Origin: Cirrosporium novae-zelandiae
Taxonomy: Eukaryota
Assembly (NCBI GenBank): GCA_026023565.1
Contig: JAPETS010000009.1
Span: forward strand, 1-64,000
Length of the DNA stretch: 64,000 nucleotides
Direction: 5' to 3'
Made by a program: the position numbers and the translations under genes. The notes beneath the pieces are model-generated. The model was not told where the DNA came from, did not search any database, and saw nothing but the letters and a program-made list of their open reading frames with translations. Shown here in pieces: positions 1 to 13,500 of the stretch (the first letter of the stretch is position 1; every line of letters starts with the position of its first letter).

Positions 1-857
1 ATGGGAAAAGAAGAGGGTGAGGGTCGCGCGAGAGGTCACGTGCACTATCCAACTCACCCTGCTAGGGCGGCAGTGTCTGGGTGAGGGCTTCGCAGATATA
101 TGTTCCGTTTAACTACCTACCTAGGTAAGAGGGGCAAGGGTAGTCTAAGAGGGTAAGAATGTTGTTGTTACCCTTCCTTGCAAATTCAAATTCAAATCTA
201 GAATACTCTATTAGATGGAGGAAAAGGAAAGAAAAGGAAGGGATGGAATAAACATGAACATGTGGGTACATTTCTCGTAGTGGTGGGGACCATGGGCACA
301 TATATATACCTAGGTACCTGGGTACGTCTAAATGCTGACGGATAGATTGGCCTAATTTTCTTTTTCTTTTTTTCTGTTTTCTTTTCCTTTTTTTCGACTT
401 TTATAGTAAATACTCATAAATGAATAAATGAATGAATATATTGTGTGCGAAAAGTTCCCTTTTTTACTTTTAACTTTTAACTTTAGTGATTTATTTGATT
501 TATTGATGTTGGAGGGGTGTTTCGGTTGTTGTTCATTTAATATACTTTTTTTTTTTCATGGATTTTGTGTTTAGGAAAAGTTTAATTTATTCATGGCTCT
601 TTTTTTTTTTTCATTGTTGTGTGTATATATGTGTGTGTTTAATATACATACATTTCAACATTTTCGTGAGGAAAGCATTGTGATTGGCTAACAAACAAAC
701 AAACAAACATAATTTGAACAACTCCCCCCCCCCAAATTCCTGGGGTTGTGGTATTTGTACTCCCTCTTTTCTCTCGTTCTCTCTCGTACGAACAGTTTCA
801 CAATGCAATCATCCTTGCTCCCTGTTCATCAGGCCAGCCGACCCGAAATAAGAAATC

Positions 858-2713
858 CTACGCATCAGTAGTTGAGGAGGATTTCTCGTCAACTTTAAAT
901 GATGCCTTGGGTAGAACGTGGGTATCCCCCGCGCTTGTGATTTCCTGGTTGTTGTTGTTGTTGTTGTTGGGGTGGTTTCCTCCGGCATCGGTTCCGCTTG
1001 CGACGGCGGCCCCCCCGTATGCTTTTGCTTCCACTACGTCTACTTTTTCTTCGGTTTCTCCTGCTTGGACGTGGTCGACCTCGCCGAATAGCTTGTCCAT
1101 CCGTTCGAGGGAGACACCCTTGGTTTCGGGTAGGATGAATATGACGGATATCTTGTGAGATTGGTTTAGTAACTTTTTTTTTTTTATTGAGAGGGATTAG
1201 AGAGGTATAACTTACGAGAGCAACTACGTTCAAACAGAATAGAAGCCAATAGGCGTCGGGGCCTACCTCCGAATGAAATCGCGGCCACGGCTGGGTCAAT
1301 GCGATGAGGCAGACTGTCATTCCTAGGCACGAAAATCCAAATGCTTTGTCGCGGACGTGCTGAGGGAATATTTCAGAAGCGATGGCTGGAGCTATGGGCC
1401 CGTTGGACCAGCAGTACGTTAGACCCACAATGAAGAACATGACAACTTCGGCGACGGCGGCGGCTTTGTTGTCGTTGTTAGGGAAAGATGTCGTTAGAGA
1501 GGACAAAATCAACAGTGCCGCAGATTGAATCACGAAGCCTGTAATTAGGATTGCTTTCCGTCCAAAGTGGTCTACGGTAAACGTGTTAATCAGGACAATA
1601 AACAGCTGCAGCACAGCTTGTATTCCGTTGAGAGCCAATGCTTGGTGACCCGAATCCCATCCCAAGGATTCGTATATCAATGCCGCGTACATGGTTAGAG
1701 AGGCAATTCCTCCAAATTGCTGGAGGGCCATGGCATAAACCCCATAACAGAGGCGCTTTCTCAGGGACGGGGTTTTGATGATACCCATATAACCAGGATC
1801 ATAGCGCTTTTGGAATTCATGCGCAGCAACTAGCTCATGGAATTCTTCGCGGACAAAGTCGTCGTCTGGGGTCCCGGATCGGATCGTTGCTAAGGTTCTT
1901 AGACATCGTTGTTGATCCTCGGGGTATTTTTCTAGCAGCCATCTTGGGCTCTCTGGATACCAGAATGAGACGGCAATAAAGCACAGGCCAATTGGGATCT
2001 GAATAACATTGGAAACCCTCCAAGCAATATTGAAAGGGTGATCATGGAATGACATTCCATATCCAGCCCAAAAGGCAATCAGGGTCCCCAGTTGGTATCC
2101 AAATTGGGCAACAGTTCCGACGAAGCTTCCGCGAAGCTTTGTCGGTGCGCACTCTGCAACGTAAAGATTTGTGGAAATATATAAACATCCAAAGCCCAAG
2201 CCTCTGCCAATTTGTTAGCACCTACCGCCACAGCAACCTGGGATACTGCATACGCGATGAGACGTCCGAGTATAAGGACCCCATAGGTATTTGGAACAAC
2301 CTGAACAATCCTTCAATAAATCAGAAAAAATCAAGGTAAGAGGACCAGTCTAGGTGCCATACACTCCGATGATCATGACGCAAATTGAGATTCGAAGAGC
2401 CCAAAGACGTCCAACAATGTTTGCCAAGGTACCACCGATAAACAATTGCGCCAGTCCTGGATTTTCATCAATTGCTGGTTCTCGCATGGATATAAATTGG
2501 GATTTCCAGACCTGTTGTTGCCCATGGGATAACAGAGACAGTTCCCGACCTGTTCGAATCGATATTGTAATAGTCGATAAACTGATCGTCGGCCAAAATG
2601 ACCGTCATGATACCTGCATCATATCCATTGAAACATGTTGAAAAGACCATGCCATACAGCATGAGCGCTGCATGGCGGTCATTCTTGGGAATGAACTTTT
2701 CGATTAGACCCAT
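858..2713 (-). CDS. MFS sugar porter family transporter (multi-exon)
   Basis: ATG at 2713 (MGLIEKFIPK). Motifs GYDAG, YVAECAPTKLRG, PESPRWL, QQFGG, VDHFGRK, SEIFP..VR, and PETKG in the last exon. Short GT-AG introns. Stop TAG at 858-860, with a poly-Asn tract in the C-terminal tail. Confidence 0.93.
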
Positions 2714-2907
2714 AGTTGTCCAATGGCTCTGGGTACCTGCAGCCCCAGAAAATATCTTGAAAGAATACAAGATGGCACGGTCTCCATGCTGCCAGAGCGA
2801 TCAGATATATGTGTTTTGCCATGACCCAACAACGGGTATAGTCTCTCTTTTTCCCCATGTCGTTAATTTGTGAGTGCAAATGGAGTGATAAGTCGATAGC
2901 TTTCGTA

Positions 2908-3025
2908 GTGGAGCCCGGTGGACCAACCAATTGGAGGAACAGCCGCCGGTGCTACGGGCCGCGGTGGGGCTAGCGCCTTTAGTGTCCGGTGGGCTCCCGT
3001 CGTTTAGTTTCCTGTGGGGGTGGGG
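2908..3025. promoter_or_regulatory. Divergent promoter with four SYGGRG (CreA-type) motifs and one GGCTAG (XlnR-type) motif
   Basis: GTGGAG 2908-2913; GTGGGG at 2964-2969, 3014-3019 and 3020-3025; GGCTAG 2968-2973. All lie in the ~530 bp between the transporter and GH127 start codons. Confidence 0.45.
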
Positions 3026-3247
3026 TGGAATTTCCGCCGACTTCAAAATTTTGGTCCAGCTTAGGTTCTAAGCATCTAAGCACAAAGTATCGTCCTTCAC
3101 CAACTCTTATGAGGTTGTATTTTTCTTGAAGGAGCCGCCTAAGCTGACCGCGTTGCCCGGGCTCATATACGAGCCTTGTAGTAGATATACTTCGTAGGTT
3201 GTCCATAATCCTTCTTGCAATTGCGCCTAGCTCCTCTCAAGCTGACC

Positions 3248-5749
3248 ATGGCATATCCCCAGAAATCTTTTCTTCACACTGTTTTTGACCCCCACTCATT
3301 TTGCGCTCGGAAGCGCGAAGTGGTTTACTCCAATACTTTGCTATATCAGCTCGATGTTTTGAAGGAGACAGGTCGGTATGATGCGTTCAAATTGCAATGG
3401 CATCCATCCTATGCGGATGAACCGGATATATGGCCAGTACCAAATCACCTCTTCTGGGACTCGGATGTCGCCAAATGGATAGAAGGAGCCTGCTACTTTC
3501 TTAAAGAGAGAATAAATGACGTGGTTGATGCTGCGGTGAAAGAGCTGGTGCAGATGATCCGACAAGCCCAACAGCCAGATGGCTACCTGAATATCCATTT
3601 CACGGTGGTAGAGCCCGATAAACGTTTTACCGATCTTAGAGACCTTCACGAACTGTAAGAATACCATTACCTTGCTCTTTTCTAAGGGGTCTTCTATCTC
3701 AAGAGACCTTCCCTCTGATACCAAGGGCAATAGATACAACGCAGGCCATCTCATTGAAGCCGCACTGGCCCACAACTATCTGTACCACAACGACGAGCTC
3801 CTGGAGCCCATAATAACCTACGTTGACCTCCTCTGCAAGACCTTTGGTCCAGGACCCGAACAAAAACATGGCTACCCAGGCCATCCAGAAATCGAGCTCG
3901 CCCTACTCCGCCTATATAGTTACACTAGGGATCCAAAACACCTAGCCCTCGCCCGCTATTTCTTAGACGAACGAGGCAACCCCGTAGGTGTCGATGGCCG
4001 CCACTACTACGACGTAGAAGCCGAAGCTAGAGGGGAACGAAGAAACGAAAGACCCGATTATTTTCCAAAACCGCGAAGCTATTGGTACGCAACGATCCCT
4101 TTCCAAATCCAAATCCACATAATTTGGCTCGCAGCAGCAACAACAACAGCAATAAAGTAGTCCCTAATAACCAGTCCCAACGGTCGAACAGGTACCAACA
4201 AGCACACAAACCGATCATAGAGCAAGAAACCATAGAAGGCCATTCGGTCCGGGCGATGTATCTCCTCACGGCCGTCGCGGACCTGGTCCGGGTAGACGAG
4301 CAATGTAATCCTAAAGCGTATAGGGCGGCGCTGCAGCGGCTGTGGAGTAATATGGTTGAAAAGAAAATGTATGTCACCGGTGGTATCGGAGCGATGAAGC
4401 AGTGGGAGGGATTCGGTATCGATTACTTTCTCCCCCAGTCAACCGACGAGGGTGGATGTTACTCGGAAACCTGCGCTGCGATTGGTGTCATGATGCTCGC
4501 AGAAAGGCTACTTCAAGTTCGTTTCGTCTCCTCTCTCCCCTTTCACATCCCCCCACACAAAAGGAAAAAAACTAACCCCCACCCTCATCGTACAGTTGGA
4601 TCTAAATGCCCAATACAGTGACACACAAGAACTCTGTTTCTACAACGCGATCCTCTCAGGCATGTCGACCAACGGTCGCCAATTCACCTACACAAACCCC
4701 CTGGCCTCCTCCACTTTCACCAACCCAAGCACCCCCTCAAAACGATCCGAATGGTTCACCTGCGCCTGCTGCCCCCCAAACCTAACCCGGCTCTTGGGAT
4801 ATCTAGGAGGTTATTTCTGGACATTCGATGCGGATGCGGAGAAACAGGAGGCAAGGATCCAGGTGCATATGTATGGGTCTGCTCGGTTGCGGTTTGAGCC
4901 TTTTCCAAAGGGGGAGGTGGTGCTGGTGCAGAGGTCGAATTGGCCATGGGGAGGGGACGTGTTTTTTGAGTTGAAAGCAACCAAGGAGATGCAGGTTGGA
5001 GTTGCGTTGAGGATCCCGCGGTGGGCTGGGGGGGATTGGGAGGTATGTCTCTATTCAATTATAACCCTATCCTACCCCACACATAACCAACTAAACGCCC
5101 CCTCCTTCCCCTAGACCTAGACTAACAAACTTCCAGCTCTCGCCCCCCCTCACCACCCCTCCAAATCTAAAATCCAACTACCTCCACCTCCCCCCGACCT
5201 ACCTAAAAGCACATCCCCAATTCCGTCTCTCCATCCTCATGACCCCACGCTTCCTAACCCCGCACCCCTACACGAATCAAAATACCGTGGCCCTCGCGCG
5301 TGGGCCCATCATATATTGTCTCGAGGACGTTGATAATGACTGGGTGGATGATGATTTTAAGGTACGTTTGTTTTATTTTGTTTTTTAGTGGCTGGTGAGA
5401 GAAGAGAGGAGGCGATGAAAACAGACCCTTTTCTTTTCTTTCTATCTTCATCTTCTAACCAAACCCATCCCAGTCCCTAACTCTAACCCCCACCAAAGCA
5501 ACCATAACCGAATCTCTAAAATCCGACCCCCAAACTCAAGAAACCTATGTTGGATTAACAGTTCGAAATGGAATTTCGCTTTTGGATGGCATGGGTGTTG
5601 GGATGGGTAGTGATGGAGGGGGAGAGGGGAAGGAGATGGGAAAGGAGAAGAAGAAAAAGGTGGTGGAGGAGTTGAGGTTCGTGCCTTATTATTATCGCGC
5701 TAATCGTGGGGGGAGGGGGGTTTTGCGTGTGGGGGTGAGGAGGGGGTAG
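3248..5749 (+). CDS. GH127 non-reducing end beta-L-arabinofuranosidase (DUF1680), intracellular, multi-exon
   Basis: ATG 3248 (MAYPQ). Motifs FWDSDVAKWIEG, HELYNAGHLIEAA, GHPEIELAL, GHSVRAMY, KMYVTGGIG, YSETCAA, WFTCACCPPN, ARGPIIYCLE and VPYYYRANRG. Stop TAG 5747-5749. No signal peptide. Confidence 0.95.
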
Positions 5750-6261
5750 AGGATAGAGGGTGTTGGATGTGGGATGTGGGATGTTTGTTGGGGGTGGTGG
5801 TTCGGTGGTTAGGTTGTTAGGGTGTGTGTGTGTGTGTGGAGGGAGATGGTAAGTGGGTGGGGATGTGTGTAGAGGTAGGTGAGTGGGCGAGGATTTGTTG
5901 TTATTGTCACCGTTGTCACCGTTGTCCCCGTTGTCATTGTTGTTACTATTGTCATTATTATTATTATTATTACAGAGTTAAAGTAACAAAAAGTCAACTC
6001 GGGATAACAATATCAATTTTCCAGCGTGATACTAGAATCGCTTTTATGGTTAACATAGATGGCGATTTTAATCCCTCATCCCACCCCATTCCATCCCATT
6101 CTATTTCATACCCATATCCATATCCATATCCACCTCACCTATTCCAGAAGGTGTGTGGGCTAATAACGAAGCAAGAAAAGAAAAGGAAAAAATATTGGAC
6201 AAACCCCCCCTAATTTAAGGGCTAGCTAAAAAGCCAACAAGCTAAAAAAAAAATCAAGCCC

Positions 6262-9200
6262 TTACTTCCCCCGTCCTTTTACCCCACCCTCCTTCCCCCG
6301 CAACCGTTCCTCCCGACACACATCCGCCAACCTCGTCAAAACCACAAGCCCCCTCCGACTACAACCCCAATACCTCACGAGGGAATTTAGCAATTTGACA
6401 CCTTCGAGGAGGACGCGCTCGGGACCTTTGGCGCTGCAGAGGTTTCCAACGCCGGTGATGATGGCGCGCATTTTGTCACCGCGTTGGACGAATAGTTGTA
6501 CTAATTCGTCGTCGGTGGGGCGGTCGAGCTGAACGAGGGTTGGGAGGTCGGAGGGGGGGTCTGAGTCTGGGGAGGAGGGGGGGGAGGGGGATTGAGGTGG
6601 AGGTTGGGGGGAAGTGTCGTTAGGGTTGGTGGGGTTGTCGTTGATCCTTGCGGATGTGGTTGTTTGGGCAAAGGTTCCGTAGGCCCATAGGGCGAGGCTT
6701 GCGAGGACGATGGATGGGGCTTCATAGAAGCCGTTGGCGGAGTAGTGGCGGAGGTGCCAGAATATTACGCCTGCGTGGATCATGGCTAGGCGGGCTTTGT
6801 ATTGGTCTTGCGTGGCCCAGCGTTGCACATGCAGGCGGTCCTGAAGGACGTCGAGTTCGTTTGAACGAGACGTTTCGCCTACGGTGAAGAGAGCGAGGTT
6901 GAGAATCTGGCGGAATGGGGTCAGCAGGATGACACGCGCGAGATGGAGATGAAGCACAGTTGGGTGCTCCATTCCCGATGTAGCGCCGATGACGCTATTC
7001 GCGCTCCAGTGGAGGATGTCGAGACAATCGCAGGTCGAGTTGCGCCATTTGGCAAAGAGGGGGATTGCCGGGAGCCAGATGGAGTCGGATTGGGAGACGG
7101 GGCTCTTGACTTGTTTTTCTGCTGTTGGACTCCAGCGGGATAATGGTTGTCGGAGATAAGTTTCAACCTCCCACATTCGACGGAAGAGCGCATGGATGAG
7201 TAGGATACGGCTGAATTCTCCCATTGTCGATTGAAGTTTCTTTTCGACATATATGCTTTCGGTGGCTTCGTACAAGGTTGGGCTTGCTGGAAATGGTCAA
7301 TGGATTCCACGGCCCCTCTCCATGCAGATACTTACGATCAGAGTAGCTAAATATCTGGCGCCATGCCATAGCAGACCCGGCTTCCCACAGCACTTCCTGG
7401 CATGGTAGTGGTATCTTTGCATCTTCTAATGATAGCAATGGGCGAAGTTGTGCCTGGAACGCCCACATACAGTCCAATAGCTTTTGGTGGTGCATTGTTA
7501 GTCAATGCGCAATGGCAATATGAATCTATATAGTGCGTAGTCCTCGGAGCTTACCCATATGCAGTACCCTGTCCGACATCGAGTCTCTGTGTCCCTCCAA
7601 ACCCCCCAATCGTGGTTGGCTGACTCTATACTATTATTGGGTAGCTGGTCAAAAGAAGCCGAAGGTTTCTTCCATTCATTTTCACAAAAGGTCACGAGCT
7701 CACAGTGATTGTTTGCGGCAATCTTTACCAAGCGTTCGTCGCTACAGTAGATCATTCCCACACAATTTAAAATCTTCACTTGGGCTACCAAAATATCATC
7801 TGGCTTTGAATTGTCACTGATGGTCGTCTAAAGCCAATGTACTATTAGTGGTCTTCTCTAACAAAAATTCAATATGCTTACCGTAACATGAATTGCACGA
7901 CGCAGAAATTCATGCATCGACGCTACACAACGCTCGGACTCTTCTATATCTACATAATGACTTCCGATGGTAGCCATAGCCAGTGCAAGTAACCAATGTG
8001 ATTTGGTGAGATCGAGAGTTGATGGATGGATGAATGGTAGGAGTGGCTGAAAGAATTCAATATAAAATTGAATTAGTTGATTGAGCACATCGCACGAGGG
8101 GAAATTTGATGACTCGAATGCATCAAAAAAGTACGAAGGAGAAATACATGTGTGCTGAAAACATTCAAGTATCTCCCTGTAAGCACGCTGGTCAAGCAAT
8201 TTGACAGTCCTCGGAATTGACTCCGAGCAATGATTAGTTAAGATATTATCAAGTTCGGGAATCCCAAGCATATACCACCCATCGTCAGTTCCAAGACTAC
8301 TAGTAGAAACTGGGTTTCCGGGCTCGGCACGCACAGGGGCAAGTCTTCTTCGTTTGATTCTCGGCAATCTTGCACCATCACCATCCACGTAGTACCGACC
8401 AGTTCCAGAGTTTGTCTGAGATGATGAACTAGAGGTCTCAGGTTCTGTTTCTGGTGGTGCTTGCTGAGACTGTGGCTCGATAATGGTATGTAGCCAACCT
8501 CGACGCGGTGTTTGGGAATTAATGGCCTGATAATGGGTCACTGGTTTTGGTGGGTTAGATAAGACATTCGGCATGCGAGGATTGGAAATCTGGTTTGATA
8601 TTCCAGAGGGCGTACTCTGATCCACTGGCCCCAGTGCAAGTCCGATATGGTCTTGGTAGTTAGGCCCATCATCCCAAGATAGCCAATTGACGGCGGAGAG
8701 AATACTCTGGTTCCAGAGGTCCGTATTAAGACTGGCCGGGGAATCTCGCTCGAGCCTAGCTCCAGGGAGTACATTTTGGCTTATATTACTAATATCGGAT
8801 CGAGAGCCTTCTCCATGGGATTGTTCGGGAGCAATTCCTACACTTACGGCCAACACCGAAGCATTTCTAGAATCGATGGGTAAAGAATGATTTTGTGATG
8901 GGTGAATACCAGTGGCGTTTAAATGGTGAGAAAGTTGCGTGGGAGGAAGAACAGTCTGTTCAGTTGGCCCCTGTAATCTATCAAGAGACTCCCGTGGAAG
9001 TGAATACCCCACAACTTCTGAGGTCGCATTACCGGAAAGGTGGGCAAGCGTTGTATCAGTGTCAGGAGGTATATTGGAATGTCGTGAGTATTGCAAACTA
9101 TTTTGAAGACGATCTTGAGACATAGAAACAGGTAGATCTGATGCTGGTAGCTGTCCCATATGTAATCCAGGTTGATCCATCGCTATATTCTGATGCAAAT

Positions 9201-9827
9201 TCGATTTCTGTTCGCTAGATTCCGTAGGAATTCCACCTAATCTACTCTCATCGGTCGAGATGGTCTTAGCGGGTCTTCCGTTTGGGTATTTGCAATCAAT
9301 TGATCTAGCCCGACAGCGTGTACAGGGTAGTTCGCCACTACATTTCGTTCGAGCTGAAGCACATTCGAGGCATGCGCGATACCCTCTTGCAATTCTTTTC
9401 CGATGAGGCTCTTTGTGAATAAGTTCATGACGTTGTAAGGCATCTCTGCCAGGGCATTAGTCAGAAATCATAGTTTATCATGACGAGAAGGGAATTGACA
9501 ATGAGAAGATGAACGCAAAGGCCAAAAAAACATAGCATACATTCGATAGAATCCTTTTTGGCAACATGGACACTTGAATGGTCTCTCTTGCTTGTGTCCT
9601 TGCAAATGTCTTTTTAGATGCTCAATACGCCCAAAAGTTCGTTGACATTCATGGCACGTTAGTCGTTCATTCAATCCAACTCCAGGGACCGAGTTGGCAT
9701 TGTCCGTATTATCGTTTGGGGGCACTATTACCTCTGAAGAAGGCTGGCCTTTTCCATTAAAGGGAAGCGGGTTGTTTAAAACATTATCGCGATTGTCACC
9801 TAAATCATTATTTCCGATCGTGGCCAT
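6262..9827 (-). CDS. Transcription factor with two C2H2 fingers, a Zn(II)2Cys6 cluster and a fungal TF middle homology region
   Basis: Exon 1 has CHECQRTFGRIEHLKRHLQGH and CPCCQKGFYR. Exon 2 (read manually) has DALQRHELIH and RACLECASARTKCSGELPCTRCRARSIDCKYP. Later exons have YIEFFQPLLPFIH, LALAMATIGS and LPCQEVLWEA. Confidence 0.92.
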
Positions 9828-10081
9828 GCTCTAGGCAATGTTCAGTGAACCTGAAGGAGAGTCGGGTGTTAATAGACATTGCCACCCTTCAAAAAGATAT
9901 ATATTCCAATCACATTCAACATGCAATTGAACAACAAACGATAGCGATAAAATATTAATTCATCGGTGGGAAAGTACAAAGGATATCATGGGATCAGGTG
10001 ATGGATGCGATTTGAAAGCTGTTACATTCTTCAAATCAAGTAAACACCATAGTACTTAATGGTCCATTAAGCGCCATTGGA

Positions 10082-10117
10082 AGAAACGAGAAACGAGAAA
10101 CGAGAAACGAGAAACGC
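10082..10117. repeat. (GAAACGA)x5 heptamer tandem repeat
   Basis: Directly visible in the TF / AT-hook divergent intergenic region. Confidence 0.85.
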
Positions 10118-10530
10118 GGAGAAGGGGGAGTAATTACGTGTAATTAGGATGTATCTGGATCAGCATTGTTCCAGGTCCCAGTCATTTAATTATTAAATAT
10201 CTTTTTGGTAGGTTAGGATGATTAGCCCCATGAGTCGATAAAACGGTGTTCCAGATGTTCCACGATAGACATCAGCAAGCCAACACTAAGAACTAAGACT
10301 AAGACCGATATGGAAGCAAAGCTCTAAGTCAGAGTAAGTCGCTTGGCGTATGTTGACATGAACGAACAATAAACAATTCAAAATTTAACCCCCCATCACT
10401 CATCACCATCTTTAGGGATACATGGAACAACTTTCTTGCTTTTGAGTTCGGAGGACGCTCTTCAATCCCCCGCTGACAACTTACGAGACATTGTTGGCAC
10501 CGAACCTCATCCCAAGACACAAACATTGCG

Positions 10531-13500
10531 ATGGCAGAGAACGACCACGATCGAAGTAGCACTTCTTCACCAGACCCTCTTGCCACATATTTGGAAGCCG
10601 CGCCTATCGCAGGACCATCGCGAAGGGCATCCACAAAAAGCCCAGTCAAATTAACGCCGTTAAAAACCCGAGACAAGTCGGAGACAGTAGCAGTCAAGGA
10701 TATTGTTTTTACTACTCCGTCCAAGAGCGCTGCGCAGAACGATAAACAATCGCCTCCCTGGAAAATTCACGTTACAGTTTCAGCATCCCGAGATAATTCG
10801 CCTAGTAAAAACAAGATGTCTCCATCAAACCGTATAGCCGCTCATACTACTACAACCACCGTTCCTCTTAAAGGATTGGACTCCTCTCCATCCCAAGGTC
10901 CGAAGCGTCGTGGACGCCCCCGCAAGTCAATTGGGACACCTGTGAAGCGGGACTTGACTCCTGTTGTGAGGAAAAGAGCAAGGAAGAATACACTTGAGAC
11001 AGGTGAGAACTCGCAGGTTACAGTGGATGAGGCAACACCACAGAAAAGAGGCCGAGGAAGACCACGGAAAAGTTTACCTTCGGCTGACGCTGAATCGAAT
11101 GATACTATATCGGGGACGCCGGGGACTGCAGCAAAGGCATCGGCTCAGTCTACAAAAAACCCTACAAAGAAAGGAAAAGCGAGGAAGAAGAGCCGTCTAG
11201 CTATTGAGGTTCCCGAGAACGAGGATATTTTCTACTCCGAAGCTCAACAATCAACTTCCGTCCCGTCACCAGGAAATCGATCTGTTCTTAGTGATGTCAA
11301 CAACACCTCCGTTAACTCTCGACAACTCCAGCAAAAATCGACGTCTCCTTTGGATGAATTTGGAGGCTCAAGCCAGAAAGAATCTAGTCTTGACTTCACA
11401 CCAGCCAAAAAGACGCCAGGGAAAACCCCTGCTGGGAATTTAAATAATGTGCAGAACTCTGATTTGGAGCGTCCATCCACCAGGCGTTCGTCAACCAAAA
11501 AAGCTCGCAACTCTCTCTTGGAAAGGGTGACGGACTTGAGCCATTTTGACCCTACAAATGACCACCATGAATTCGATTCTATCCTCGAAGGTGAAGGATT
11601 TAGCATGGTTTCGCTAGACACCGTCCCATCTGTAAAGCAACATTTAAGTAATTTAGAAGACCAAGGCACGGAGCATCAAGCAGAACCTTCGCAATCAGAT
11701 CATGATGCGGAGCCTACGGAATCGATAAAAAAGAGAGGCCGCCCCAAGAAATTATCTCCAAAAGGCACGACGGATCCCACAAAATTACAACCGTCGGGCA
11801 ATTATTTGTCAAGTTCCCCGGAGCCAAGTTCAATAAATAGCACCAATCTGCCATTCTCGCCGCCAATTATCCAACCACGAAATAACCTACCCCGAATAAA
11901 CCATACACCATCTGTAAATTCCTCAGCTGTTCGTCCCCCATCTTTTCAGAAAAAACAAGCACTACCTGATCCGAAAACAACCGCCGATACCCCGAAGTTA
12001 TCACGAATAGTTCATGCTGGAATTGCGCTTCAGAGAGTAGTAGAATCGCCAAGTACCACTGAGCTTGCAAATAATACCCCACCAGCTCAAACAGAAGCTC
12101 CACGTAGCAATTCGGAATCAAGAGATATCAAAAACCGCCTAGATGAGTTGTTTAAAGGATTTGGGTCAGGAACAAAAAGAGAATCTCGAGCGGGGCTAAG
12201 ATTAGGTGAAGAACTAGCCCAGCAACATGCACAACAACATAGTGATAGTTCTGGGCACGAATACCTGGGCCCTGCCACAAATAGGAACCCGCTTGCTCAA
12301 TCGCACTCCTCGGGGACTGAACTACCAACCCCAGAGGCTAGTGACGAGAGTGCGTTAACTAACGCGGCAGGACCTAGTATCAACCCAACATCAGAATCGC
12401 AAATCGCTCAAGATGATGACGGTGCCATGGATTGGCAGATGGATACCCCAGTAAACCAGACCCCAGAACGACCTCAAACGAAGGCGCCCCAGCATTATGG
12501 ACTGGGGCAGAAGAATATGGACCAGCGGCGATCGCAGAGGGAGGTAGAGTGGCAGCGAGAACGCAATGCTGTCAGTCAGCAGATTAAATCTGCAAAATCG
12601 GATCAAGTCATTTTGGTTGAGAGTGACAATGATCAGTCTCTGGAGGATGAAATGGACGAGGATGAAGAGGATGATGAAGATATTTGGCAACAAGAAGCCC
12701 ATGATTCGTTTGAAAATGATTCAGGACCCGTAATTGGTAATGTGGCTCAAGAGGAAGCTTTGAAGCCACGCCGTAGCAAAATCCCAAGCCCCTGGCGTCG
12801 GGGGCAAAGTGTTGACTATAGCGATGAACCAACACAAGAAGCTTCGGGCCTATATTGGAGATTGGATCAACGCAATAAACAGGCCTTTAGAGAACGAGAG
12901 GAAGAAAGAAGACGACGAACAGATTTTGATATCTCCGATTTATTAGCAGATGTTCAGCCCGACGGGATTAGTACCTCTACACCAGCGCCTCGGAAGGCCG
13001 CTCACATGCCCAACAGGAGTTTAAGCCCAGTGAAAAGCTCTTTCCGAAGAAGTGAGAGTCCAGTCAAGGATTTATTATCAACAGCCAAGAGTGTGAGATT
13101 TTCACAATACATTGATGAAAAAAGTGCAAGTGAAAGAGATGATACAATGGAAGATACAACGGAAGATACGTTCGAAGAGGGCATGCGACAATCAGTGGGT
13201 GAGGATGAACTTGATGATGATTTCTCTCCCAGTGGCACTGAGGAGGAGGACGATGAAGACGATGAGTATGTTGATAGGATCAACAACCAGGTAGAAGAGT
13301 CGATAATATCGGACGATGAAGACACTATTATACCAGATCAAGGACACGAGACAAAACCTGTACATGCGCTCAACGATTCCTTGGGGGGGTCGATGGTCTC
13401 TGAAAACGAGAGTAGTACATTCCCAACTCAAAATGATACGCCCACCCCAATGACGCGCCCTGCTAAAGAAATGTCAATGTCAAGAAGGGTATTACAGATT

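Noticed and set aside
10131..10146. Near-palindrome TAATTAC-GT-GTAATTA in the TF / AT-hook divergent promoter
   Set aside because: Short, AT-rich and single copy. Cannot be assigned to a factor from sequence alone.
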